DNA from: Candidatus Daviesbacteria bacterium | Lineage (GTDB): Bacteria > Patescibacteriota > Microgenomatia > Daviesbacterales > UBA10151 | DNA length: 64,000 nt | NCBI GenBank assembly: GCA_028687915.1 | Contig: JAQTZF010000001.1 | Location: 546,634 to 610,633 of the forward strand | Direction: 5' to 3' | Shown: positions 19,122 to 29,002 of the stretch, one piece after another | Layout of the letters: the number at the start of each line of letters is the position of its first letter | Position numbering within the stretch: position 1 is the stretch's first letter | Made by a program: the position numbers and the translations under genes | The notes under the pieces: model-generated | What the model was told of the DNA's origin: nothing | What the model saw: only the letters and a program-made list of their open reading frames with translations | Database searches by the model: none

Positions 19122-20345
19122 ATGTTGAAAACTTTAAAAAAGCATATTCCACTTTCTGTGATCAATTATGGTAAGCATTTGCCAGAGGCAGTGTTGGCAA
19201 ATGTCCAAAATGGTTTTCCTGGAAAAAAACTTAAAGTAATTGGGGTGACAGGAACTGATGGAAAAACAACAACTGTAAATATGATTTATCGGATTCTACA
19301 AGCAGCTGGGAAAAAAGTTTCAATGATTTCTACCATTAATGCTGAAATTGGAGGTAAAAGTTATGATACTGGCTTACATGTTACCAGCCCTAAAACTTCT
19401 GACTTGCAGGCATTTATGAAAAAATCTGTTGAGAATGGAGACGAACTAATGGTGCTTGAAGTTTCATCTCATGCTATTTCTCAATTCAGAGTCTGGGGAG
19501 TAAATTTTGAAATTGGTGTAATTACAAATATTACACCTGATCATTTGGATTATCATGGCAGTTTTGAAAATTATGTGAAGGCTAAAGGCAGCTTATTGTC
19601 TAATGTAAAATATGCGGTTTTAAATAAGGATGATAAACAATTTGATCTTCTAAAAAAAATGACAACTGGCAAAGTGCTTACTTTCAGTAAGAATAATGAT
19701 GCGGATATTAATTATAGAAATCTACAGTTAAAATTAAAAGTTCCCGGAGAGTATAATCAATTAAATGCAGAGGCAGCTTTTTTAGTTGGGCAGGCTTTAG
19801 GAATTGAGAAAAAAGTTATTGTGGATGCCTTAAACAATTTTACAGGGCTAACAGGGAGGATGGAATCCATAGATAATAATTTAGGAATATCAGTATTCGT
19901 GGATTTTGCAACCACTTCAAATGCTTATGAAAATATTTTAGAAGACTTAAAAGCAAAAACAAAAGGTAAATTAATAATTTTATTTGGTTCTGCTGCGGAG
20001 AGGGATTCTTCCAAGAGGTCTAAAATTGGGGAAATTGCTGCCAGGTTTGCAGATATTACAATATTAACTGATGATGATCCCAGATTTGAGGATAGAAATA
20101 AAATTATGGAGGAGATTGCAGTAGGTTATTATAAAGTTAGAGGTAAGGATGATTCTCATCTATATAAACAATTGGGTCGCAAAGAAGCAATAGAATTGGC
20201 TTTTAAGCTTGCAAAAAAAGGTGATGTTATTGCACTAATAGGCAAAGGCCATGAAAAAAGTATGGCTATAGAAGGTAAAGAATTACCATGGTCTGATCAG
20301 GAAGCAGCTCTTTCCATAATTAAAAAACTTCAGTCTAAGTCCTAA
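19122..20345 (+). CDS. murE: UDP-N-acetylmuramoyl-tripeptide ligase MurE (N-terminally minimal)
   Basis: It carries the Mur ligase P-loop GVTGTDGKTTT and the motif ITPDHLDYHG. The DDPR motif (compare MurE DNPR) suggests meso-DAP type. The gene follows ftsI as in dcw clusters. At 407 aa it lacks the usual N-terminal domain. Confidence 0.65.
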   Translation: MLKTLKKHIPLSVINYGKHLPEAVLANVQNGFPGKKLKVIGVTGTDGKTTTVNMIYRILQAAGKKVSMISTINAEIGGKSYDTGLHVTSPKTSDLQAFMKKSVENGDELMVLEVSSHAISQFRVWGVNFEIGVITNITPDHLDYHGSFENYVKAKGSLLSNVKYAVLNKDDKQFDLLKKMTTGKVLTFSKNNDADINYRNLQLKLKVPGEYNQLNAEAAFLVGQALGIEKKVIVDALNNFTGLTGRMESIDNNLGISVFVDFATTSNAYENILEDLKAKTKGKLIILFGSAAERDSSKRSKIGEIAARFADITILTDDDPRFEDRNKIMEEIAVGYYKVRGKDDSHLYKQLGRKEAIELAFKLAKKGDVIALIGKGHEKSMAIEGKELPWSDQEAALSIIKKLQSKS

Positions 20346-20353
20346 GCCATACC

Positions 20354-20941
20354 ATGCAAAATAAAATTAATTTAATTATTAGTCAGTTAGGTGAGCTAAG
20401 GGTAAAAAAAGATATTGATTTAAGGGATTATGTTCAGTTTAACAATGATAAAAAGGCTAGCGCTATCTTTATAGCTACCTCTGTTTCAGAACTTTCTAAG
20501 GCTGTTTCTTTGTGTAAAGAATTACATGTTCCATACATTGTGATTGGGTCAGGCAGTAAGGTTGTATTTAAAGATCCTATGTTTTTAGGCTTGGTTATTA
20601 AAAATCGTAGCCAAAATCTAAAGATTTTTGGAATTAAAGGACAGGTTTCAAGGGCTGGAATTGGAATAAGAGAAGCTTTTATTGAGGCTGATTCAGGTGT
20701 TATTTTATCTGATTTATTTATGTTTTCAGATAAACAGGGGCTAAAGGGCTTTGATGATTTAAAGACCTCAAAAGGAACTGTTGGAGGTTCAGTTTTCAGT
20801 AATCTAAGTTTAATTGAAAAACTTACTCAAATTATTGTATTAGATAGCCAGGGGTCAGAGAAGATTAGAGATAGTAGTGACTTATCTAATCAGGATGTTA
20901 TTTTAAGAGCAATTTTTCATTTAAAAGCTAAGGAAGTTTAA
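20354..20941 (+). CDS. Truncated MurB-like protein (UDP-N-acetylenolpyruvoylglucosamine reductase FAD-binding domain only)
   Basis: It aligns by eye with the MurB N-terminal domain: VIGSGSKVVF versus LGEGSNVLF, GLVIKN, and KGTVGGSVFSN versus GCVGSSPIQN. At 195 aa it lacks the C-terminal substrate domain. Confidence 0.5.
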   Translation: MQNKINLIISQLGELRVKKDIDLRDYVQFNNDKKASAIFIATSVSELSKAVSLCKELHVPYIVIGSGSKVVFKDPMFLGLVIKNRSQNLKIFGIKGQVSRAGIGIREAFIEADSGVILSDLFMFSDKQGLKGFDDLKTSKGTVGGSVFSNLSLIEKLTQIIVLDSQGSEKIRDSSDLSNQDVILRAIFHLKAKEV

Positions 20942-20976
20942 AATTAGAATTATTTAAAGTATAATTCTATGCGTGT

Positions 20977-22164
20977 ATGGAGATTCAAAACCATCCAATT
21001 TGGAATAATATAAAGTCCTACAAAAAACCTGCTCACATGGCCAGGTTTTTTGTATCAAGGCATTTTGCTAATCTTTTCCCAAGATCTACCTTTGTGGGTA
21101 TTACAGGTTCTGTTAGTAAAACCAGTACAACTATGAGTTGCTTAAGTGTGCTTTCAGAAAAATTTCCTACTATTGCTACAGATATAAATTTAGATTCAAT
21201 ATTAAATATTCCAATAACAATCTTAAAAATAAAGCCAAAAACTAAAAAAGTGATTTTAGAAATGGGAGTGGAGTATCCAGGAGAGATGGACTTTTATTTG
21301 TCCTTAGTGAAGCCTGCTACTGCTATTATTACAAAAATTTCTTATGCTCATAGTGAATTTTTAGGAAATATAGAAGGAATCTATAATGAAAAAGCACCGC
21401 TTGTGAGACAACTTCCAAAAAATGGATTTGCAATTTTAAATTATGATGATTCTTATTGCCGGAAACTTGCAAAAGAAACTGAGGCGCAGGTAATCTTTTT
21501 TGGGATGGATTCCGATAAATGTGATATTTGGTCTTCAAATATCAGACTTGAGGATGGATTTACAAGATTTGAATTGAATTATGGGGTAGAAAGAGTAGAG
21601 GTAGCTTTTAAATATTTAGGAAGGCATATGGTTTATCCAGCTTTGGCTGCAGCTGCCTTAGGGCTTAGTTGTGATATGAGTCTTTTGCAAATTAAAAAGG
21701 GTCTGGAAAAAGTTAAATCAGTTCCACATAGATTACAGTTGATGGAAGGAATAAATGGATTTAACGTGATTGATGATACACACAATTCATCTCCTGCAGC
21801 TGTTGAAGAATCATTAAATGTATTAAATGAGTTACCTGCCAAAAAGAGAATAGCAGTTTTAGGGGAAATGAAAGAATTAGGCAAATATTCAGAAGCTCTT
21901 CACCGTGGTATTGCTCAAAAGATTTATAAGGATCGAGTTGATTTAGTTTTACTTGGTTCAGGAGATGCGCTATTTATTATTGATGAATTAATAAAGTTAG
22001 GCTTTCCAAGTGAACGGGTTGAGGCTAACTTATCTAATACACAATTAGTTAATAAGATAATAAGATATGCAGGTAAAGGAGATATTGTATTGGTAAAAGG
22101 CTCACATGCTGTTAAGCTAAGTGAAGTTGTTCAAAGAATAACTAAACAAAGTAAACATAAATAA
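20977..22164 (+). CDS. murF: UDP-N-acetylmuramoyl-tripeptide--D-alanyl-D-alanine ligase MurF (N-terminally minimal)
   Basis: It has the Mur ligase P-loop GITGSVSKTSTT. VIDDTHNSSPAAVEESL matches the MurF DDSYNANP region. It lies immediately upstream of mraY. Confidence 0.65.
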   Translation: MEIQNHPIWNNIKSYKKPAHMARFFVSRHFANLFPRSTFVGITGSVSKTSTTMSCLSVLSEKFPTIATDINLDSILNIPITILKIKPKTKKVILEMGVEYPGEMDFYLSLVKPATAIITKISYAHSEFLGNIEGIYNEKAPLVRQLPKNGFAILNYDDSYCRKLAKETEAQVIFFGMDSDKCDIWSSNIRLEDGFTRFELNYGVERVEVAFKYLGRHMVYPALAAAALGLSCDMSLLQIKKGLEKVKSVPHRLQLMEGINGFNVIDDTHNSSPAAVEESLNVLNELPAKKRIAVLGEMKELGKYSEALHRGIAQKIYKDRVDLVLLGSGDALFIIDELIKLGFPSERVEANLSNTQLVNKIIRYAGKGDIVLVKGSHAVKLSEVVQRITKQSKHK

Positions 22165-23177
22165 TGACTGAATTACTTGGATTAATTATTATTTCATTTT
22201 TTACCACCAGTCTTTTCTTGTTGCCATTTATTGATCTTCTTTATTATTTTAGATCTAAAAAAATTGCCTCTTCCCAAACATCAGTGAGTAAGAAATCAAA
22301 CACGCCAATCCATGATCAATTAATGAAAAAAGACTTTGATACACCTGTTGGAGGAGGACTCTTAGTTATACCTATAGTACTTATCTTAAATATATTAGTT
22401 TTCTATTATTCCCATTTAAGGATTAATTGGGAAGTAATTGTCATATTCTTTACTATGATTACATTTGGGCTATTAGGATTAGCAGATGACTTAAGACACA
22501 TCTATTCAAATACATTAGGAAAGTTTAAAGGCTTATCAACTGGGACAATTCTTCTCTTTCAGGTTGTTTTTGCAATTTCAGTTGCTTTAATACTATTTTT
22601 TAAAGTAGGTTTGAATAATATTTATATTCCTGTTTTTGGTAACATAATATTAGGCTGGTGGTATATTCCGTTAGCAGTTTTTGCAATTGTAGCTTTTACC
22701 AATGCATATAATATTTCTGATGGATTAGATGGTTTATCAACAGGTCTTCTGACTATTTGTTTGTTTGCCTTTTTGGCTTTAGTAAATTCAGTATTTGATC
22801 AAAATTTATCTGTTTTTGTTGGGATATGGATTGGGGCATTAATAGCATATTTGTATTTTAATGTCTTTCCGGCACGTATTTATTTAGGAGATGCGGGAGC
22901 TTTTAGTTTTGGTGCAACACTGGCAGTAGTAGGACTTTTAACAGGGAAGATATTAGCCTTGGCTGTAATTGGAGGTATTTATGTAATGATTATTCTTTCA
23001 TCTTTATTGCAAATACTTTCTAAAAAGTTTCTTAAAAGAAAAATTATTCCTGTTGCACCTATTCATATGTATTTTAAATATATTGGTTGGGAGGAACCAA
23101 AAATTGTTATGAGGTTCTGGTTAGCTGGATCAGTATTTGCTATTTTTGGTTTATGGTTAGCATTACTCTCACGGTAA
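22164..23177 (+). CDS. mraY: Phospho-N-acetylmuramoyl-pentapeptide transferase MraY
   Basis: It is a polytopic membrane protein with NAYNISDGLDGLSTG, the MraY/WecA D-D-x-x-D signature region. Confidence 0.85.
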   Translation: MTELLGLIIISFFTTSLFLLPFIDLLYYFRSKKIASSQTSVSKKSNTPIHDQLMKKDFDTPVGGGLLVIPIVLILNILVFYYSHLRINWEVIVIFFTMITFGLLGLADDLRHIYSNTLGKFKGLSTGTILLFQVVFAISVALILFFKVGLNNIYIPVFGNIILGWWYIPLAVFAIVAFTNAYNISDGLDGLSTGLLTICLFAFLALVNSVFDQNLSVFVGIWIGALIAYLYFNVFPARIYLGDAGAFSFGATLAVVGLLTGKILALAVIGGIYVMIILSSLLQILSKKFLKRKIIPVAPIHMYFKYIGWEEPKIVMRFWLAGSVFAIFGLWLALLSR

Positions 23178-23212
23178 CACTATTCTAAGGTTTAAACTGA
23201 TACAATTAATTA

Positions 23213-24313
23213 ATGAGGCATTTACACTCTATACCGCAAAAAAGAAAAATAGATATTATTTTGCTTATTACAGCAATCTTATTGGTTCTTTTGGGTTTAT
23301 TAGCAGTTTTTGATGCTTCTCAGTTTCAGGCTTTTCAGGAATTTGGAGATAAAATGTATTTTATACGTCAGCAACTAATTTCTGCGGCTCTTGGTTTTAT
23401 TCTATTAGTATTTTTTATTTTTTTTGATTATCATCGTTTAGAGAAAATTGCTCTGCCTTTTTTATTGGTCTCAATTTTATTATTAATTCTAGTATTTGTT
23501 CCTGGATTTGGTGTGCTTGCAGGAGGTGCTCATCGTTGGCTTAAATTTGCTGGATTTACTATTCAGCCAGCTGAAATAATAAAGTTATCAACTATCATTT
23601 ATTTTGCTTCTGTATTTCAAAATAAAGTACAGACTAAAACATTCGTTGTGATTTTGGGCATAGTTGCAGTAATTGTGGGTGTTTTTCAAAAGGATTTGGG
23701 TTCAGCAATAGTATATAGCCTGGTTGCTTTTTCTGTATATTTTATTGCAGGAGCTCCTACTTCTCATTTTTTAGGTTTACTATTTACCGGGATCTTTGGA
23801 GCAGTTTTTTTTATTGCAACTGCACCATATAGAATTCAAAGAGTTTTAGCTTTTTTAGATCCATTTGCTGATACCCAGGGTTTCACTTATCATATATCTC
23901 AGGTATTAATTGCAATTGGTTCCGGAGGAATTTTTGGTTTAGGTATAGGTCAATCCAGACAAAAGTTTTCTTATATTCCTGAAGTTACGACTGATTCGAT
24001 ATTCTCAATTATTGGAGAGGAGTTTGGTTTTATTGGATGTTTATTATTACTTACAGTTATTTGTTTTCTCATTTATAGATCATTTAAAATTGCTGAAAAT
24101 GCACCTGATAAATTTGGAAGACTTCTTGCTATTGGGTTAGTTGTTTGGCTGGGTTCTCAGGCTATTGTGAACTTAGCTGCAATGGTTTCCCTCTTGCCAC
24201 TTACAGGGGTACCACTGCCTTTTATTTCATATGGTGGATCAGCTCTTATTGCAAATCTTGTTACAGTTGGTATATTACTTAATATATCCAGGCAAGGACA
24301 TATTTCCAGATGA
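23213..24313 (+). CDS. ftsW: SEDS-family peptidoglycan glycosyltransferase FtsW
   Basis: It is a 10-TM protein with the SEDS motifs (PEVTTDSIFSIIGEEFGFIG, PLPFISYGGS). It sits between mraY and murG. Confidence 0.8.
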   Translation: MRHLHSIPQKRKIDIILLITAILLVLLGLLAVFDASQFQAFQEFGDKMYFIRQQLISAALGFILLVFFIFFDYHRLEKIALPFLLVSILLLILVFVPGFGVLAGGAHRWLKFAGFTIQPAEIIKLSTIIYFASVFQNKVQTKTFVVILGIVAVIVGVFQKDLGSAIVYSLVAFSVYFIAGAPTSHFLGLLFTGIFGAVFFIATAPYRIQRVLAFLDPFADTQGFTYHISQVLIAIGSGGIFGLGIGQSRQKFSYIPEVTTDSIFSIIGEEFGFIGCLLLLTVICFLIYRSFKIAENAPDKFGRLLAIGLVVWLGSQAIVNLAAMVSLLPLTGVPLPFISYGGSALIANLVTVGILLNISRQGHISR

Positions 24314-25443
24314 AGATTTTAATTACAGGAACACATTTAACACCATCTTTAGCAGTAATTAATGAGTTGCAAAAAGTTCAGGGAGTAGAAATAGTTTATA
24401 TTGGTCGTTCTACTACAATGGAAGGTGATAATACTAAATCTGTAGAATCACAGGTTTTAAAAGAATTAGGTGTGAATTTTTTGCCTATAATATCCGGAAG
24501 ATTGCAAAGAACTTTTACATTTAATATTATCCCTTCTTTGCTAAAGATTCCTTTGGGTATAATCCAGTCTGCATTTTATTTATTTAAAGAAAAACCGGAT
24601 GTTGTTTTATCAATGGGGGGATATATATCTGTTCCGGTAACAATTTGCGCCTGGTTTTATTCAATTCCAATTATTATTCATGAACAAACCCTTATTCCCG
24701 GACTTGCTAACACTATAAATAGTTGGTTTGCAGATAGGGTTGCAGTATCTTTTTCAGAAAATACTATTTTTAATAGGAATAAAACTATATTAACAGGAAA
24801 TCCATTACGTAAAGAAGTATTAGATCCCCAAAACACAAAAGACGAAGAGTTAAAAGAATTTATTAATTTAGCCAAAAAAGATAAACAACCTCTAATTTTA
24901 ATTACTGGTGGTAATCAGGGATCACATATTATTAACCAAACAATTTCAAAATCTCTTGAGGATTTACTTAGTAAAGCTTATGTAATTCATCAAACTGGCG
25001 ATTCAAAATACAAAGATTTTGAATCTTTAAATGAGCAAAGAAAATTACTTAAAAATCCGGAGAAGTATTTAGTCAGAAAATGGATAAATGGGGGTGATTG
25101 GGGAATTGTACTTAAAAATACTAATTTAGCTATATCCCGTGCAGGGATAAATACTTTGTTGGAACTTGCATATTTCTCCATACCCACAATCGTAATTCCA
25201 TTACTATCTACACATAATAAAGAGCAGTGCTTTAATGCGGAATTTTTTAAAAAATCTGGTCTGGTAAAAATAATATTTCAAAATGACCTTAACCCAGAAA
25301 TATTAAATAAAAATATTGAAGAGTCATTAAATAACTTAAGCTTACTTAAACAAAAAGCTCAGCCTTCTAAGCAGCTGGTTATTCCTGATGCTGCAAGTAG
25401 ACTGGCATTAGAAGTAATTATTTTAGCCAAGAAACCTCGATGA
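24310..25443 (+). CDS. murG: Undecaprenyldiphospho-muramoylpentapeptide beta-N-acetylglucosaminyltransferase MurG
   Basis: It has the GT28 fold. ITGGNQGSHIIN corresponds to the MurG GGSQGA motif. Its position in the dcw cluster agrees. Confidence 0.8.
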   Translation: MKILITGTHLTPSLAVINELQKVQGVEIVYIGRSTTMEGDNTKSVESQVLKELGVNFLPIISGRLQRTFTFNIIPSLLKIPLGIIQSAFYLFKEKPDVVLSMGGYISVPVTICAWFYSIPIIIHEQTLIPGLANTINSWFADRVAVSFSENTIFNRNKTILTGNPLRKEVLDPQNTKDEELKEFINLAKKDKQPLILITGGNQGSHIINQTISKSLEDLLSKAYVIHQTGDSKYKDFESLNEQRKLLKNPEKYLVRKWINGGDWGIVLKNTNLAISRAGINTLLELAYFSIPTIVIPLLSTHNKEQCFNAEFFKKSGLVKIIFQNDLNPEILNKNIEESLNNLSLLKQKAQPSKQLVIPDAASRLALEVIILAKKPR

Positions 25444-26225
25444 AAGTTAAAATTGTGTCTTTACTAGCCATCATTTTTTTTATAATTATCATATGGAGGT
25501 TAAACCTGCTATCTATTAGTACTGCTGAGGTAACAAATTTAGCAGGGTGTGTAAGCCTTGATCAGTTAAATAATGAAATAAATAGTATGGATAAAAACAT
25601 GATTTTAGTTAATGTTAATAAGCTAAAAGATAAATTGACATCAAAATATATGTGTATTAAAGATGTAAATGTTTCATATAAATTCCCTAAAACTATTAAG
25701 GTAGATATTTACGGAAGGGATTTGCTTACCAAAGTTGTTTCTGCTGATTTTGGCTCTAATTTAGTGGACATGGAATCATCAGCGTCATCACAAGCAGCTT
25801 TATTAGATTGGAATTTTCCCAGTGAGTCATCGGATGATGCTTTTGCTGTAGATGATAGTGGGTATGTTTTTATAAAAGTAAAATCAGATCATTTGATTCC
25901 TACCTTATTTTTAAATGAAGGTATAAATCTGGGGAAAAAGTTAGATCAAAAGACTTTTAATTCTGTTGGTCAAATTTTTTCAAAGATTTTGACATATGTT
26001 CCAATTTCTTATCAACCAAATTTTAAAGCAAAAGTTTATGGAACTACATTACTTGTTAATAGCTCTCCCAAGCTCGCATTTTCTTTGGAAAATGATATTT
26101 TGAGGCAACTCGCCTCTTTACAACTAATCTTGCAAAAAGCTAAAATAGATGAGAGAGCAGCTGAATTTATTGACTTAAGATTTGACAAGCCAGTAGTGCA
26201 ATATCATACAAATTTGAGTAAATAA
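25440..26225 (+). CDS. ftsQ: FtsQ/DivIB-like cell division protein
   Basis: It is a bitopic protein with an N-terminal TM helix and sits between murG and ftsA. Sequence similarity is weak, so the call is mostly positional. Confidence 0.45.
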   Translation: MKVKIVSLLAIIFFIIIIWRLNLLSISTAEVTNLAGCVSLDQLNNEINSMDKNMILVNVNKLKDKLTSKYMCIKDVNVSYKFPKTIKVDIYGRDLLTKVVSADFGSNLVDMESSASSQAALLDWNFPSESSDDAFAVDDSGYVFIKVKSDHLIPTLFLNEGINLGKKLDQKTFNSVGQIFSKILTYVPISYQPNFKAKVYGTTLLVNSSPKLAFSLENDILRQLASLQLILQKAKIDERAAEFIDLRFDKPVVQYHTNLSK

Positions 26226-26242
26226 AGTGTTAGAAAATATGT

Positions 26243-26351
26243 TTTATGGCAAAAGAGACGAGCAAGCTCTCTTTTGCAAAAAGAAAGTAAATTATGGCAA
26301 AAGATCAAAAAGTTGTCTTTTGCAAAAAGAAAGTAAATTATGGCAAAAGAT
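26243..26351 (+). repeat. Tandem triplication of the ftsA ribosome-binding/start region (TTTTGCAAAAAGAAAGTAAATTATGGCAAAAGA), creating two short upstream ORFs
   Basis: TATGGCAAAAGA occurs with an ATG at 26246, 26294 and 26340, the last being the ftsA start. The intervening units are about 46-48 bp and near-identical. The first short ORF, MAKETSKLSFAKRK, stops just before the second ATG. The second stops overlapping ftsA codons 4-5 in the +1 frame. Confidence 0.8.
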
Positions 26352-27638
26352 AAAGTAATATGTGCAATTGATGTAGGTTCCTCAAAAATCGCAACTTTGA
26401 TTGCTTCCATGGGAGAAGATGAGAAGATAAATTTAATCGGAGTGTCTGCTGTGACTTCAAAAGGAGTTAAAAAAGGCCAAATTGTAGATATTGAAGAGGC
26501 TGTGTCAGCTATTACAGAAAGCATAGAGGCTTCAGAAAGAATGGGTGGGTACTCAGTTTCTTCTGTTTTTGTGTCCATTGGAGGTCCGCATATTGAAAGT
26601 ATTAATTCGCACGCTGTGGTGGCAATAGCTAAGCCTGAAGGAGAGATTGAGGAGAATGATATTTTACGAGTTAATGATGCAGCACGTGCAGTTCCTCTTC
26701 CAACTTCTAAGGAAATATTACATGTTATTCCAAGAACCTTTACAGTTGATGGACAAGAAGGGATTAGAGATCCTATTGGTATGACTGGAGTAAGGCTTGA
26801 AACAGACACACACATTATTACAGGAGCAACTACAGCTATGAAGAATTTAATTAAGTGTATGGAATTAGTTGGAGTAAATGTAGAAGAGTTGGTTTTTACA
26901 GGAATTGCTTCAGCTCATGCAGTGTTAACTGATACAGAAAAAGAATTAGGTGTAATTTTAGTAGATATTGGAGGAGAAACTACAGATATTGTGATTTACG
27001 CAGATGGAGCGATTGCTTATTCTTCAGTTATTCCGGTTGGTGCAAGGCATATTACATCTGATTTAGCAGTTGGACTTAGAGTATCTTTAGAGTCAGCAGA
27101 GAAGATAAAGCTATATTTAGGTAAAGTTAATAAACAACCAACTATGCCGGAGGCAACTGAAAAAGAAGAAGAAAGACGAAGTTTGTCTAAACCGAAAGAA
27201 GAGCTGCTTGATGTTAGAAGCCTGGGAATTAATGAAGACATTCAAAAGATTTCTAAAAAAACTGTTGTTGATTCAATTATTAGACCAAGAGTAAGAGAAA
27301 TCTTTGAATTAGTGGGTAAAGAGGTTAAAAAGAGTGGGTTTGGAGCTCAAACTCCATCAGGCTTAGTTGTTTGTGGAGGTGGATCATTAACAGTTGGGCT
27401 TTTGGATCAGGCAAAATATGTGCTTGGTTATCCAGCACGACTCGGTAAAGTTGAAGGGTTGTCCGGCATGGTTGATGAAATAGATTCACCTGTTTTTGCA
27501 ACTGCTGCAGGATTAATAATATACGGTGCAAGAAGTGATATGAATTCACAATTTAGCTTGCCAGTACTTGCAAAAGGCTTACCAATTAAAGAAGTGGTAC
27601 AAAGAGGCATTAACTTGATAAAATCATTCTTGCCCTGA
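26340..27638 (+). CDS. ftsA: Cell division protein FtsA
   Basis: It has an actin-like ATPase fold with the motifs CAIDVGSSKIATLIA, DIGGETTDIVIY and VVCGGGS. Confidence 0.85.
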   Translation: MAKDKVICAIDVGSSKIATLIASMGEDEKINLIGVSAVTSKGVKKGQIVDIEEAVSAITESIEASERMGGYSVSSVFVSIGGPHIESINSHAVVAIAKPEGEIEENDILRVNDAARAVPLPTSKEILHVIPRTFTVDGQEGIRDPIGMTGVRLETDTHIITGATTAMKNLIKCMELVGVNVEELVFTGIASAHAVLTDTEKELGVILVDIGGETTDIVIYADGAIAYSSVIPVGARHITSDLAVGLRVSLESAEKIKLYLGKVNKQPTMPEATEKEEERRSLSKPKEELLDVRSLGINEDIQKISKKTVVDSIIRPRVREIFELVGKEVKKSGFGAQTPSGLVVCGGGSLTVGLLDQAKYVLGYPARLGKVEGLSGMVDEIDSPVFATAAGLIIYGARSDMNSQFSLPVLAKGLPIKEVVQRGINLIKSFLP

Positions 27639-27650
27639 TTTTAGCTGTTA

Positions 27651-27679
27651 TTGACGGTTAAGTATTTTACTGTTAGAAT
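27651..27679 (+). promoter_or_regulatory. Candidate sigma70-type promoter for ftsZ (TTGACG-N17-TAGAAT)
   Basis: TTGACG at 27651-27656 and TAGAAT at 27674-27679 lie in the 105-bp ftsA-ftsZ spacer. Confidence 0.4.
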
Positions 27680-27743
27680 CTGCCCAAAGAGAGTAAATTC
27701 ATGCTAATAAACTTTTTTATGAAAAAAAGTTTGAAAGCACCGA

Positions 27744-28979
27744 TTGAAAATATTATTTTCAATCTTAAATTTACAAGGTAAATTTATGCTTATAAAACCA
27801 GACGTACAAAAATTCGCAAAGATTAAAGTTATTGGCCTGGGTGGTGGAGGAACAAATGCCCTGTCTTCCATGATTGCTTTACAACAAATTCAGGGGGTTG
27901 AGTTTGTGGCTATAAATACTGATGCTCAAGCATTACTCGCAAATCAGTCCCCTACAAAAGTTCAAATTGGAGAAGCCTTAACAAAAGGTTTAGGTTCTGG
28001 AGGAAATCCTGATATAGGGCGTCAAGCTGCAGAGGAATCGGCTCAAAAGATAGAAGATGTAATACAGGATGCTGATATGGTTTTTTTAACTGCTGGAATG
28101 GGTGGAGGAACTGGAACAGGATCTATTGCTGTTGCTGCCTCAATCGCCCGTAAGTTAGGAGCTTTAACTGTTGCAGTTGTAACTAAACCTTTTAATTTCG
28201 AAGGTACCAGACGCATGATAGTTGCTGAAGAAGGAATTGAGGAACTTAGAGATAAGGTTGATGCTTTAATTGTTATCCCTAATCAAAGATTATTAGAAGT
28301 GATTGATCGTAACATGTCACTCCAAGAGGCTTTTAAAATGGCTGATAATGTTTTGGGTCAGGGTGTACAAGGTATTTCTGATTTGATTGTTATGCCAGGT
28401 TTAATTAATGTTGACTTTGCTGATGTTAAATCTATTATGACTGATGCTGGTTCTGCCTTAATGGGTATTGGTCAGGCTGGTGGTGAAAATAGGGCTGAAG
28501 TAGCAGCCAGAATGGCTATCGCTTCACACTTATTGGAAGTATCAATAGATGGTGCAAAAGGCGTGTTATTTAATATTGTTGGTGGTTCTGATTTAACTAT
28601 GGAAGAGGTTGATAAGGCTGCTAAGATTATTTCTGCAGCAGCAGACCCAGAAGCAAATATTATTTTTGGTGCAACAATTAAAGATGATCAGGAGCACTTT
28701 GACCAGATTAAAATTTCTGTTATTGCCACAGGTTTTGATCAAAATAGAGTAAGGCTCCGGGAATATGCAGGGACTGGAGCAGGAGTTGGAGTTAATCCAA
28801 TACCACAGATGAATTTTAATCAACCTCAATCTCAAAACCAGACTCAGTCCAATAGTTTTAATGCTTCAGATGACTCATCCACATCAGAAGACGAGGACGA
28901 TGTAACTATAAAACAGAATGAACCAGAAGATGATGAAAGCAGACTAGATATTCCCGCATTTCTTCGCCGTAACAATTAA
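27744..28979 (+). CDS. ftsZ: Cell division GTPase FtsZ
   Basis: It has the tubulin signature GGGTGTG and the N-terminus GLGGGGTNA. The C-terminal peptide DIPAFLRR is conserved. Confidence 0.9.
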   Translation: MKILFSILNLQGKFMLIKPDVQKFAKIKVIGLGGGGTNALSSMIALQQIQGVEFVAINTDAQALLANQSPTKVQIGEALTKGLGSGGNPDIGRQAAEESAQKIEDVIQDADMVFLTAGMGGGTGTGSIAVAASIARKLGALTVAVVTKPFNFEGTRRMIVAEEGIEELRDKVDALIVIPNQRLLEVIDRNMSLQEAFKMADNVLGQGVQGISDLIVMPGLINVDFADVKSIMTDAGSALMGIGQAGGENRAEVAARMAIASHLLEVSIDGAKGVLFNIVGGSDLTMEEVDKAAKIISAAADPEANIIFGATIKDDQEHFDQIKISVIATGFDQNRVRLREYAGTGAGVGVNPIPQMNFNQPQSQNQTQSNSFNASDDSSTSEDEDDVTIKQNEPEDDESRLDIPAFLRRNN

Positions 28980-29002
28980 TACTTCTCTGATATAATAATT
29001 TT

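Noticed and set aside
27639-27743. Looked for a riboswitch or structured RNA in the ftsA-ftsZ and other spacers.
   Set aside because: Only promoter-like hexamers were recognised. I found no conserved riboswitch core sequences that I can identify by eye.
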